Source of the DNA: Chiloscyllium plagiosum | Lineage: Eukaryota | NCBI RefSeq assembly: GCF_004010195.1 | Contig: NC_057755.1 | Span: 3,564,938 to 3,599,304 of the forward strand | Reading direction: 5' to 3' | Length of the DNA: 34,367 nucleotides | Shown here: positions 23,990 to 34,150 of the stretch, piece by piece | Position numbering within the stretch: position 1 is the first letter of the stretch | Layout of the letters: each line of letters opens with the position of its first letter | Notes under the pieces: model-generated | Database searches by the model: none | What the model saw: the letters and a program-made list of their open reading frames with translations, nothing else | Told to the model about the DNA's origin: nothing | Program-made: the position numbers and the translations under genes

Positions 23990-26975
23990 GTGGGTGGACG
24001 GGGTTATTGAGGCTTTACATGGAGGTAGTCACACCGCAGGTACAACAAAGAGGCAGGTGGATTAGGCAGGGGATGGAAAGGGAACCAGCAGACAGTGCAG
24101 GGATCCCCTGCAGCAATTCCCATCAAAGGGTATATTGTTCTGGATAGTGTTGGGGTCGGGGGAGGATGGTGAAAGGACTTACCAGGGGTACGTCATGGAG
24201 TACAGGTCTCTGGCACAGAGTCTGTCCTTGTTGCTCAGAAAGGAAGTTTTGGGGGAGATGATGAGCAGAGAATTAGTCACCAGGGACACCCGAGTTAGGG
24301 GATCATAAAGGAGTTTCTGTGGGAGTGAGAGAGACTCACAGTTTGGGTGTTGCCTCCCAGGTGCCAAAGTTCGTGATGTCTCAGGTCATGTTTCAGGATC
24401 CTTGGATGGAGGTAGCAGCTCCAAGTTGTGGTCCACTTAGGCACTAATGACATAGTTAGGAAAAGGGATTTGGATTTAACACAGAAATTCAGGGAACTAT
24501 GTTGGAAGCTTAGAGCAAGAACAAACAGTTGTTATATCTGCTTTGTTACCCATGCCACATGCTGGCGAGGCGAGGAATAGGGAGAGACAGGAGTTGAACA
24601 CGTGGCTGCACGGATGGTGCAGTGGTTAAGAGTTTCGGATAACTGGAGAACTGGGGCTCGTTGTGGGGTAGGTGGGACCTCTTCAAACAGGATGGTCTAC
24701 ACGTGAACCAGAGGGCCCCAATATCCTGGAGCGGGTGCTCTTTGGGCGGGTTTAAACTAATTCAACAGGGGGATGGGAACCTATATTGTCGTTCCAGTGT
24801 CCAGGATATTGAGGTCATAAATATGGTTTCAAGGTTGCGAGAGTGCACCAGCAAGCAGGAAGGTGGTATGAAATGTGTTTACTTCTGGAGCTTCTGGAAT
24901 AAAGCGAATGAACTTGCAGCATGGATTGGTACCTGGGACTTCAATGTTGTGGCTATTTCAGACACATGGATAGAGCAGGGACAGGAATAGTTTTTGCAGG
25001 TTCCAGGATTTAGATGTTTCAGTAAGAACAGAGAAGATGGCAAAAAGGGGGAGGTGTGGCATTGTTAGTCAAGGGCAGTATTACTGTTACAGAAAGGATG
25101 TTTGAAGACTCGTCTACTGAGGTAGTATGGACTGAGATTAGAAATAGGAAAGGAGAAGTAACCCTTTTGGGAGTTTTCAATCGGCCTCTGGGTTAGTTCC
25201 AGAGGGAGAGGAAAGGATTGCAAATCTTATTCTGGAACTGAGCAAAAGTAACAGGGGAAGTTTTATGGGTTGAAAAACGGCGCTTGAGGGTTACAATCTA
25301 GCCAGGAAACACCTCAAAAAAGAACTAAGAAGAGCCATGAGGGGACATGAGAAGTTGTTGGCTGATAGGATCAAGGAAAATCCTAAAGCTTTTGATAGGT
25401 ATAATCAGGAATAAATTACGAGAGATAGATTAAAGTCAAACAAGAACGGTCATGGGAAGTTATGCGTGGAGTCTGAGGAGATAGGAAAAGTGCTAAACGA
25501 ATATCTTTTGTCAGTATTCACACTAGAAAGAGACAATGTTGTCAAGGGAAATACTGAGATGTCGGCTATTGGACGAGACAGGATTGAGGTTCACAAGGAG
25601 GAGGTGTTAGCAATTCTGGAAAGTGTGAAAATAGGTAAGTCCCCTCGGCCAGATGGGATTTATCCTAGGATTCTCTGGGACGCAAGGGAGGATATTGCAG
25701 AGCCTTTGACTTTGATCGTTTTGTCGTCATAATCTACAGGAATAGCGCCAGAAGACTGAGCGATAGCAAATGTTGTCCCCTTGTCAAGAAGGGGAGTAGA
25801 GACAACCCTGGTAATTAGGGAGAAGTGAGCCTTACTTCAATTGTGGGTAAAATGTTGGGAAGGGTTGTAAAGAGATAAAATTTATAATCATCTAGAAAGA
25901 AATACGTTGATTAGGGGTAGTCACACGGTTTTGTGAAGGGTGTATCGTGCCTCACAAACCTTACTGAGGTCTTTGAAATGGTGTCTAGATTAGATTGGTG
26001 CTGGAAAAGCACAGCAGGTCAGCCAGCATCCGAGGAGCAAGATAATTGATGTTTCAGGCAAACACCCTTCATCAGGAACCTGCTCCTCGAATGCTGCCTG
26101 ACCTGTTGTGCTTTTCTAGCATCACTCTAATCTAGACTCTGGTTTCCAGCATCTGCAGACCTCGTTTTTACCTCTTTGAAATGCTGACTAAACAGGTGGA
26201 TGCGGGTAAAGCGGTTGATGTGATGTACATGGAGTTCAGTAACGTGTCTGATAAGGTTCACCACAGTAGTCTATTGCACAAAGTACAAAGACATGGGATT
26301 GAGGGTGATTTAGCAGTTTGGATCAGAAATTGGCTCGCTGAAAGAGACAGAGAGTGATGGTTGTTGGGAATGTTCATCCTGGAGTTCAGTTGCTGGTGGT
26401 GTACCGCAAGGATCTGTTTTGGGTCCACTGACGTTTGTCATTTCATAAATGAACGAGATGAGGGCGTAGAAGGATGGGTTAATAAGTTTACAGATGACAG
26501 TAAGGTCGGTGGAGTTGTGAATAGTGCCGAAGGATGTTGCAGGTTACAGAGGGACATAGACAAGCTGCAGAGCTGGGCTGAGAGGTGGCAAATAGAGTTT
26601 AATGTGGAAAAGTGTGAGATGATTCACTTTGGAATGAGCAACAGGAATAAAGAGTACTGGGCTAATGGTAAGTTTTTGGCAATGTAGATGAGCCAAGAGA
26701 CCTCAGTGTTCAGGTATATAGATCCCTGAAAGTTGTCACCCAGGTGGATAGGGTTGTTAAGGCATACGGTGTGTTAGCCTTTATTGATAGAGGGATTGAG
26801 TTTCTGAGCCACGAGGTTATGCTGCAGAGGTACAAAATTCTGGTGCAGCCTCTCTTGAGTATTGCGTACACTTATGGTCACCACATTATAGGAAGGATGA
26901 GGAAACTTTGGAAAGTGTTCAGAGGAATTTACTAGGATGTTGCCTGGTATGGAGGGAAGGTCTTGTGAGGAAAGA
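23990..26975 (+). mobile_element. Decayed CR1 LINE: ORF1 SGNH esterase domain plus ORF2 (EN with a large deletion at ~25270, RT)
   Basis: VVHLGTNDI, WGRWDLFKQDGLHVN (ORF1); WDFNVVAISDTWIEQGQE; KSPRPDGIYPRILW; NKFTDDSK. Confidence 0.92.
25984..26172. mobile_element. Older fold-back PLE terminal module with 14-bp TSD; decayed hammerhead core on minus strand 26048-26075
   Basis: Inverted arms TCTAGATTAGA..TCTAATCTAGA; flanks TCTTTGAAATGGTG (25970-25983) and TCTTTGAAATGCTG (26173-26186). Confidence 0.82.
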
Positions 26976-27567
26976 CCAATTCGTCCATGCCACCCAGATA
27001 TTCTAGATTAATCTTGATCCATTTGTCAGCGCTTGGCTCATATCCCTCTAAACGCTTCCTATTCGTTTAGCCACCTAAATGCCTTTTACTTGTTGTAATT
27101 ATACCAGCCTTCCTCTGGCAGCTCAATCCATACATGTACCACCTTTTGCATGAAAACACTGCCCCTTAGGACCCCATTAAATATTTATCCTCTCACCCTA
27201 AACCTACATCCTCTGGTTCCAGACTCTCCACCCAAGGGAAAAGCCCTTTTCTATCCATGCCAGTCATGATTTTATAAATCTTATAAAGGTCACCTTTCAG
27301 CCACTGCCACTGCAGGGGAAACAGCCCCAGCCTATTCAGTGCCGACAGGTGAACCTCTCCAACCCTGGCAACAGCCTTATAAATGTCTTTTCTGAACTCT
27401 TCCAAGTTCACAACATTCCTCCTTTAGGAGGGAGGCAACAATTGCCCACAATATACCAATGCCCTGTACAGCTGCAACATGCAACCTACAACCTCTGACA
27501 ATCGATGCTCTGACCAATATAATAAAGCATACCAAATGCCTTCTTCACTAACCTATCTACCTGTGAC

Positions 27568-27775
27568 GAGAAAGTGAGGTCTGCAGATGCTGGAGATCAG
27601 AGCTAAAAATGTGTTGCTTGAACAGCGCAGCAGGTCAGACAGCATCCAATAAACAGGAGAATCGACGTTTCGGGCATAAGCCCTTCCTGATGAAGGGCTT
27701 ATGCCCGAAACGTCGATTCTCCTGTTTCTTGGATGCTGCCTGACCTGCTGCGCTGTTCAAGCAACACATTTTCAG
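27568..27775. mobile_element. Fold-back PLE terminal module with a perfect 14-bp TSD
   Basis: TATCTACCTGTGAC at 27554-27567 and 27776-27789; about 80-bp near-perfect inverted arms. Confidence 0.9.
27687..27714 (+). ncRNA. Minimal hammerhead ribozyme-like core
   Basis: CTGATGA-A-GGGC-TTAT-GCCC-GAAACGTC. Confidence 0.72.
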
Positions 27776-27959
27776 TATCTACCTGTGACTCCAATTTCAA
27801 GGAACTATGAACTTGGACTCCAAGGTCTCTGTTCAGCAACTTTTCCCAAGACCGGGCTATTAAGTAATGCGCCACCACCTACTCTTCCGGCAGTCAGCCC
27901 TGCCCCAGCTCAGGGCAACACTCTCCAAGACCTTCAAAGAACCTCTGTTGTTCTTCATA

Positions 27960-28597
27960 CTGAGAATAGATCCACACACTCCCACACCTGTGTGGATGAC
28001 ACCTCCTACTAGTCCTCCTGCAAAAACGTGATCCGTATTCCCAATTGCTCAACCTCAGCCATATCTGTTCCCAGGAAATAACAGTTACACTCTAGGACAT
28101 CCCAGATGGCCTCCTATGTCAATGACTGCAATTTCCCCTCCCACATGATCAACAATGCCCTCCAGCACATCTACTCCACTTCCTGCACCTCCACCCTTGA
28201 ACACCACCCATCCAATAAGGACTTAAATCCACCCCCGTCCTTACTTTCCACCTCAATAATCTCCAGGTCCAGTGCATTATCCTCCGCCACCTACAATCAG
28301 ACCCCAACACCAGAGATATATCTCCCTCCTATCCCTATCTGTGTTCTGCAGAAACCATTCCCTCCATGACTCCCTCATTAGGTCCACGCACCCGCCTCCT
28401 CCTCCCCACTCCCCCAAACACACCTGGCACCACCTTCCCTTGCCATTGCAAACACCATAAAATCTGCACTCAAACGTCCCCCCTCATCTCTGTCCAAGGC
28501 CGTAATGGACCTTTTCACAACCGGCAGAGATTTTCCTGCACATCCAAACACCTCATCTACTGTGTCCGTTACTCTTGATGAGGTTCCCTCTACATCG
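27960..28597 (+). mobile_element. Decayed PLE (RT thumb, linker, N-half of GIY-YIG)
   Basis: THSHTCVDDTS..SCKN; MASYVNDCNFPSHMINNAL; FPCHCKHHKICTQTSPLISVQG..FSCTSKHLIYCVR..LYI. Confidence 0.8.
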
Positions 28598-30150
28598 AAC
28601 AAAGAATGAATAAAATTTACAGCCCAGGAACAGGCCCTTCGGCCCTACACGCCCGAGCCGATCCAAATGTACGGTCTAAACCTCAGTCAATTCCTAAGCA
28701 TCTGTATCCCTCTGTTCCCCACCTACTCATGCATTTGTTCAGAAGCATCTTAAATGAATCTACCGTGCCTGCCTCTACCACCTCTGCTGGCAACGCGTTC
28801 CAAATTCCCTCCACCCTCTGTATGAAGCACTTTCGACATGTATCCCCCTTAAATTTTCCACCTCTCACCTTGAAAGCGTGACCTCGCGTCATTGTATCCT
28901 TCACCCTGGGAAAACGCTTGTCTCTCTCTCCCCTGTCTATACCCTTCATGATTTTGTAAACCTCAACCAGGTCCCCCCTCAATCTCGTTTATCAGAATGA
29001 AAATAAATCTAACCTACTCAACTTTTCTTCATAGCTAGCACCTTCCATACCAGGCAACATCCTCGTAAACCTTCTCTGCACCCTCTCCAAATCGTCCACC
29101 TTCTTTTGGTAATGTGGCGACCAGAAGTGTACACAGTATTCTAAATGTGGACGAACCAATGTCTTGTACAATTTTAACATGACTTGCCAGCTCTTTTTCT
29201 CAATACTCCGTCCAATGAAGACAAGAATACTATATACCACTCTATCCACCTGTGCAGCAATCTTCAGGGTACGATGGACCTGCACTCCCAGATCTCTGTG
29301 GCCATCAACATTTCCCAAGGCTCTTCCGTTCATTGTATAATTGGCTCTCGAATTAATCTTGCCGAAATGCATCACCTCACATTTGTGTGGATTGAAAACC
29401 ATTTGCCACTTTTCCACCCAACTCTCCAGTCTATCTATATTGTCCTGTATTCTCTGGCAGTCCCTTATGCTTTCTGCTACTCCACCAATCTTCGAGTCAT
29501 CTGCAAACTTGCTGATCATACCAAAAGTGCCCGCTTCATGATCATTTATGTATATTACAAACAACAGTGGCCCCAACACTGACTGCTCTGGAACACCACT
29601 GGTCACCTTTGTCCATTTCGAGAAACGCCCTTCAACTACTACAGTCTCCTGTTGCACAATCAGTTCTTTATCCACCTAGCTAGAACACCCTGCACACTAC
29701 GTGACTTCACATTCTCCATTAGTCTACCATGTGGAACCTTATCAAATGCCTTACTAAAGTCCATGTGTATGACAACAACAGCCCTTCCTTCATCTATCAA
29801 CTTGGTCACTTCCTTGAAGAATTCTATTAAGTTGGTAAGGCACGGTCTTCCCCGCACAAAACCATGTTGCCTATCATTGATAAGCCCATTCTTTTCTAAA
29901 TATAAATAGATCCTATCCCTTCGTATGTTCTCTAGCAACTTTCCCATCACTAACGTCAAGCTAACTGGTCTGTAGTTACCTAGAGTATCCCTACTACCCT
30001 TCTTGGACATGTATAAACATGAGCAACCCTCCAGTCCTCCGGCACCTCACCTGTATTTAAGGATGCCACAAAGATATCTGTCAGGACACCAGCTATTTCC
30101 TCTCTCGCCTACCTCAGCAACATGGGATACATTCCATCCAGTCCTGGGAC
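28598..30150 (-). mobile_element. 5'-truncated CR1 LINE inserted into the PLE GIY-YIG region
   Basis: ORFs 29660..30010 (NYRPVSLT, MDFSKAFDKVPH), 28992..29675 (SKFADDSK), 28683..28982. Confidence 0.93.
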
Positions 30151-30567
30151 TAATCAAATTTATATTTCTAATCCCAACATTCATCATATTGGGGAGATGG
30201 GACGCCAATTCGTGGAACATTTCAGGGAATATCTCTGGGACATGCACCAAATAACTCCCTCCTCCCATGCTGCCAAGGACATGCAAGTTCAGGGCCCTCC
30301 AGTCCTCCGGCACCTCACCTGTATTTAAGGATGCCACAAATATATCTGTCAGGACACCAGCTATTTCCTCTCTCGCCTCCCTCAGCAACCTGGGATACAT
30401 GCCATCCAGTCCTGGGACTAATCAAATTTCTATTTCTAATCTCAACATTCATCATATTGGGGAGATGGGACGCCAATTCGTGGAACATTTCAGGGAATAT
30501 CTCTGGGACATGCACCAAACAACTCCCTCCTCCCATGCTGCCAAGGACATGCAAGTTCAGGGCCTCC
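30027..30567. repeat. 268-bp tandem duplication spanning the CR1/PLE junction
   Basis: Copies start at 30027 and 30295; about 7 substitutions between them. Confidence 0.93.
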
Positions 30568-30775
30568 TCCACTGTCAAATCAAAGCCATCCAATGGCTGA
30601 AGGAAGAAAGCCTCTTCTTCTGTCTTTGGACTCTTCAAACACAAAGCGTCAATGCCAATTTAATGAGTTATCTTATCTCCCCTCCTCCCAATGCATCCCC
30701 GATCCAGCCCTTGGTACTGCCCTCTTAAAATGTCCTACTTGTCCATCTTCCTTCCCACCTATCGACTCCTATCTC
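30185..30775 (+). mobile_element. Continuation of the PLE (C-half of GIY-YIG plus UTR), partly duplicated
   Basis: HIGEMGRQFVEHFREYLWD..HAAKDMQVQGLLHCQ..LKEESLFFCLWTLQ. Confidence 0.8.
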
Positions 30776-30789
30776 TAATCAAAATATGG

Positions 30790-31850
30790 CATTCTAAGTA
30801 ATTATAAATCCTGTCTCTCAGAATCCTCTCCAATAATTTGCCCACCACAAAGTAATCTGGTCTGTAATTCCCAGTAGTATTCCTATTACCTATGTCAAAC
30901 AAGGAAATAACATTTGCCACCTTAAAACCATGTCCTTACAAACTTGTTTGTCATTCTCCCACTGACGACTGCAAGGTCAAAAGTACAATCACAATAAGGG
31001 TGATCATCCCTTTCTTGTTTCTCAGTTCCATCCAAATAACCTCCATAGATGTGTTTCCAGTAATATCCTCCCAAAGTACAGCCGTAATGGTGTCCCTTAT
31101 CAAAAACACTGCCCCTCCTTTCTTCCCGCCCCCTTTCTATTCCTTAATTTAGCATTTGTATCCTGGAACATTAAGCTGCCAATCCTGTCCAGCCCTGATC
31201 CATGTTTCTGTAATTGCTATGATGCCCCAGTCCTATGTTTATAACCATGTCCTGAGTTCATCTGCCTTTCCCATTAGGCCTCTTGCATTGAAATACATGC
31301 AGGTAAATTCATAAGTCCTACCTCATTCTCTGCTTTGTTTCTGCCTTCCCTGACTGTTTGACTTTTACCTTTTCCAAACTGCACCAGTCTCAGACAGATC
31401 CCTATCCCCAGTCTCACCTTCACCTTACTAGTTTAAATCCTCCTGAGCAGCTCTAACAAATCCCCCTGCCTGTATATTAGTCTCCTTCCAATGCAGGTGC
31501 AACCCCTCCTTCTTCTACATGTCACTCCTACCCCAGAAGAGATTCCAATGATCTAAAAATGTGAATCCTTCTCCCCTGCACCAGTTCCTCAGCCACATAT
31601 TCATCTATTGTATTCTCCTATTCATTCCCTCACTAGCTCATCACACTGGGAGTAATCCAGATATTACTACCATTAAGGACCTCCTTTTTAAATTCCTGCC
31701 AAATTTTCTATATCCTCCCTTCAGAATATCATCCTTTTTTCCTTCCTATGCCATTAGCTCCAACGTGTACAATGTCCTCCTGCTGTTCCAATTCCATTTT
31801 GGGAATATTCTGTACTCAGATATCCTTGATCATGGCATCAGGGAGGCAGT
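30790..31850 (-). mobile_element. Old, internally deleted CR1 (ORF1 esterase end, EN start, RT start)
   Basis: Minus strand DHWNLFWGRSD..EGLHLHW; ..AITETW..WQLNVPG; GNTTGNYRP. Confidence 0.8.
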
Positions 31851-32059
31851 ATGAAGCTCAACAATGTTAAAGGCTCAGCATCTTATGCAATGTCCTTACC
31901 CCAGAGCCCAGGCCCTTGCCATGACACGGGCTGCTTCAGGCACAGCCAGCTCCACGATCAGTTTTTCTTTCTCCCTGCCTCCAGTTCTTTCTCTGTCTGA
32001 CTGCTCTTCTCTCTCTTCCTGAGCTCCAGCTCCACCTACTGCAGGAGTGACAGCCCTCA

Positions 32060-32180
32060 CCCCACTATCTATACCTTTTCTAGTTACTATCAATTCTGAT
32101 GAAGGAGCACTGGGTCGGAAAAAGTAACTCCACAGATCCCACTAAACCGGCCGCCGAGTTTCTCCAGCGATTTCTCTTTG
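32060..32180 (+). mobile_element. Degenerate PLE-type terminal module with a decayed hammerhead-like core
   Basis: TTCTGATGAAGG..GGAAAA at 32094-32122, followed by ..GAGTTTCTCCAGC, echoing the CTGCG..TTTTCCAGC motif of the other copies. Confidence 0.4.
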
Positions 32181-32224
32181 CGTCCACATTCACCACTAAA
32201 TGACCTTCCCTGGCAGGGTCCTCA

Positions 32225-32490
32225 TTCCTTATTGGCTGGGACCGTGTGATTGTCAGACTCTTTGCTGAAGCCCGCCCTGAGGTTTCACGTGGAGCCGCAA
32301 CACGTGGCCGTTTAACCGCCTCTGCGCGAGCTCGCGGGGGGGAGGGGGCGGGGCGGTGAGCAGCTTGTAATTGCGTCATCGTTTAAATTGGTCACCGCGA
32401 GGCGTGACCATGGCGCTATCTCTGTGGAACACAGTGAGAGGGTTTTCTTAAAATCCTTCCAGTGAAGCTGAGAAAATAGTTTCGGTATGA
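32225..32490 (+). promoter_or_regulatory. CpG-rich promoter-like region with a possible short first exon
   Basis: High CpG density; inverted CCAAT at 32231 and 32387; E-boxes CACGTG at 32286 and 32301; GC boxes at 32345-32356; CRE/ATF-like TTGCGTCA at 32371; Kozak ACCATGG at 32407; donor-like GTGAGA at 32434 and GTATGA at 32485. Confidence 0.6.
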
Positions 32491-32589
32491 GTCATTAAAC
32501 AGTTAACGTGCAGATATACTGAAGAGGAAGTCACGTATGTTTGACCTGGGGAAGGACAGAGAGAGCGCAATCAAAACGAATGAGAGATG

Positions 32590-32728
32590 AATCACACAGC
32601 GTGGAAACAGCCCCTTTGACCCAACCCCATTCGGACTGACCGGATTACCGAAACTGAACCAGGACCATTTGGCTGTGTTTGGTCCATATCCCACCAAACC
32701 TTTTTCTGTGAATCACCCCGTCCAAGTG
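32590..32728 (-). mobile_element. Decayed CR1 3' UTR remnant
   Basis: Resembles the reverse complement of 12620-12750 (GGATATGGACCAAAC..GGGTCAAAGGGGCTGTTTCCACGCTGTGTGATTC). Confidence 0.6.
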
Positions 32729-32744
32729 GTATTGGCAATCGGGT

Positions 32745-32881
32745 TAGCGGGAACCCAGGACAGGATGAGACACACACGAGGATTCTGAGTGAAGTGAGAG
32801 CAGAAAGTGTGGGGTCCATTGGCCCGAAAATTACAATCTCCCCTGGACTGGGAGGAGATGTCAGGAGACTGGAGGATTGAC
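32745..32881 (+). mobile_element. Short CR1 ORF2 fragment that seeds the adjacent minisatellite
   Basis: NPGQDETHTRILSEVRAES, then (frameshift) PLARKLQSPLDWEEMSGDWRI, approximating KSPGPDGIYPRILWEAREEI..F.SSL.TG.VPEDWR. Confidence 0.7.
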
Positions 32882-33609
32882 ATTACAATTTCCCCTGGAC
32901 TGGGAGGAGGTGCCAGTAGACTGGAGGATTGACATTACAGTCTCCCCTGGACTGGGAGGAGGTGTCAGGAGACTGGAGGATTGACATTACAGTCTCCCCT
33001 GGACTGGGAGGAGGTGTCAATAGACTGGAGAATTGACATTATAGTCTCCCCTGGACTGGGAGGAGGTGTCAGGAGACTGGAGGATTGACATTATAGTCTC
33101 CCATGGACTGAGAGGAGGTGTCAGTAGACTGGAGAATTGACATTATAGTCTCCCCTGGACTGGGAGCAGATGTCAGGAGACTGGAGGATTGACATTACAG
33201 TCTCCCCTGGACTGGGAGGAGGTGTCAGGAGACTAGAGGATTGACATTATAGTATCCCCTGGACTGGGAGGAGGTGCCAGTAGACTGGAGGATTGACATT
33301 ATAGTATCCCCTGGACTGGGAGGAGGTGCCAGTAGACTGGAGAATTGACATTATAGTATCCCCTGGACTGGGAGGAGGTGCCAGTAGACTGGAGAATTGA
33401 CATTACAATCTCCCCTGGACTGGGAGGAGGTGTCAGGAGACTAGAGGATTGACATTATAGTCTCCCCTGGACTGGGAGGAGGTGTCAGGAGACTAGAGGA
33501 TTGACATTACAGTCTCCCCTGGACTGGGAGAAGGTGTCAGGAGACTGGAGGATTGACATTACAGTTTCCCCCGGACTGGGAGGAGGTGTCAGGAGACTGA
33601 AGGATTGAC
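32830..33609. repeat. 52-bp minisatellite, 15 copies: ATTACAGTCTCCCCTGGACTGGGAGGAGGTGTCAGGAGACTGGAGGATTGAC
   Basis: Exact 52-nt periodicity (e.g. CATTACA at 32881 and 32933). Confidence 0.97.
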
Positions 33610-33973
33610 CGAGATCGATTCAAGCCTGGCCCGGTTTGACGAATCGATCATCTCTCGGAGTTTCACGAACTCCGTGATCAGGCTCTGCTCTGTCGGTGCA
33701 TCCCCCAGGGTGGTCGCCGAGGCCGATGACATGGCCATAGGTGTGTCTGTTGTTGTAGGGTGTGTCCCTTCCTGATGCGATCCTCGTGGTCCTTTTCCCT
33801 TAGTCATCTTCTGAACTGCACCAAACTGCTCAGAACTGTTACTAAATGATTGGGAGATAATTATTTCCAACAAATTAAAGAGTGAATGGAGGGTGAGTGC
33901 TCCACGTTGTCTGGGTTCTGATGCAGAGCTCAACAAACCAGACTTAGTCAGTCACCGCCATCTTGATACCCCC
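33610..33973 (-). mobile_element. 5' end of a probable L1-clade LINE: 5' UTR plus start of ORF1 (ATG at 33807)
   Basis: Begins GGGGGTATCAAGATGGCG (G-run plus YY1-type motif); ORF MTKGKGPRG..EQSLITEFVKLREMIDSSNRARLESIS (basic N-terminus, then coiled-coil-like). Confidence 0.6.
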
Positions 33974-33979
33974 TCGAGC

Positions 33980-34150
33980 TATTTTATTTTAATGCATTGG
34001 ATGAGGGCATCACTCACTCGGCCAGCATTGTTTGCTCTTCCTGTGCGCAGTTATGAGCCAACAACATTGCTGTGGGTCTGGAGATACGTGAAGGTCAGTC
34101 CAGGTAAAGATGGCAGTTTCTGTCCCTAAATGACATGAACAAACGAATGA
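33980..34150 (-). mobile_element. Decayed shark-type SINE 3' part
   Basis: Minus strand ..CTTTACCTGGACTGACC..CTCCAGACCCACAGCAATGTTG..AATGCTGGCC..CATCCAATG; recognised from memory, not from an alignment. Confidence 0.45.

Larger units (their letters stand above)
26976..27870 (-). mobile_element. CR1 3' fragment interrupted by a PLE fold-back insertion
   Basis: LNRLGLFPLQWQWLKGDLYKIYKIMTGMDR (ORF 27193..27411). Confidence 0.85.

Noticed and set aside
32080..32379. 99-aa minus-strand ORF
   Set aside because: Ala/Arg/Pro-rich by-product of the GC-rich promoter-like sequence; no recognisable domain.
32830..33609. CRISPR array or coding repeat
   Set aside because: No spacers; 52 is not a multiple of 3; the unit appears to derive from CR1.
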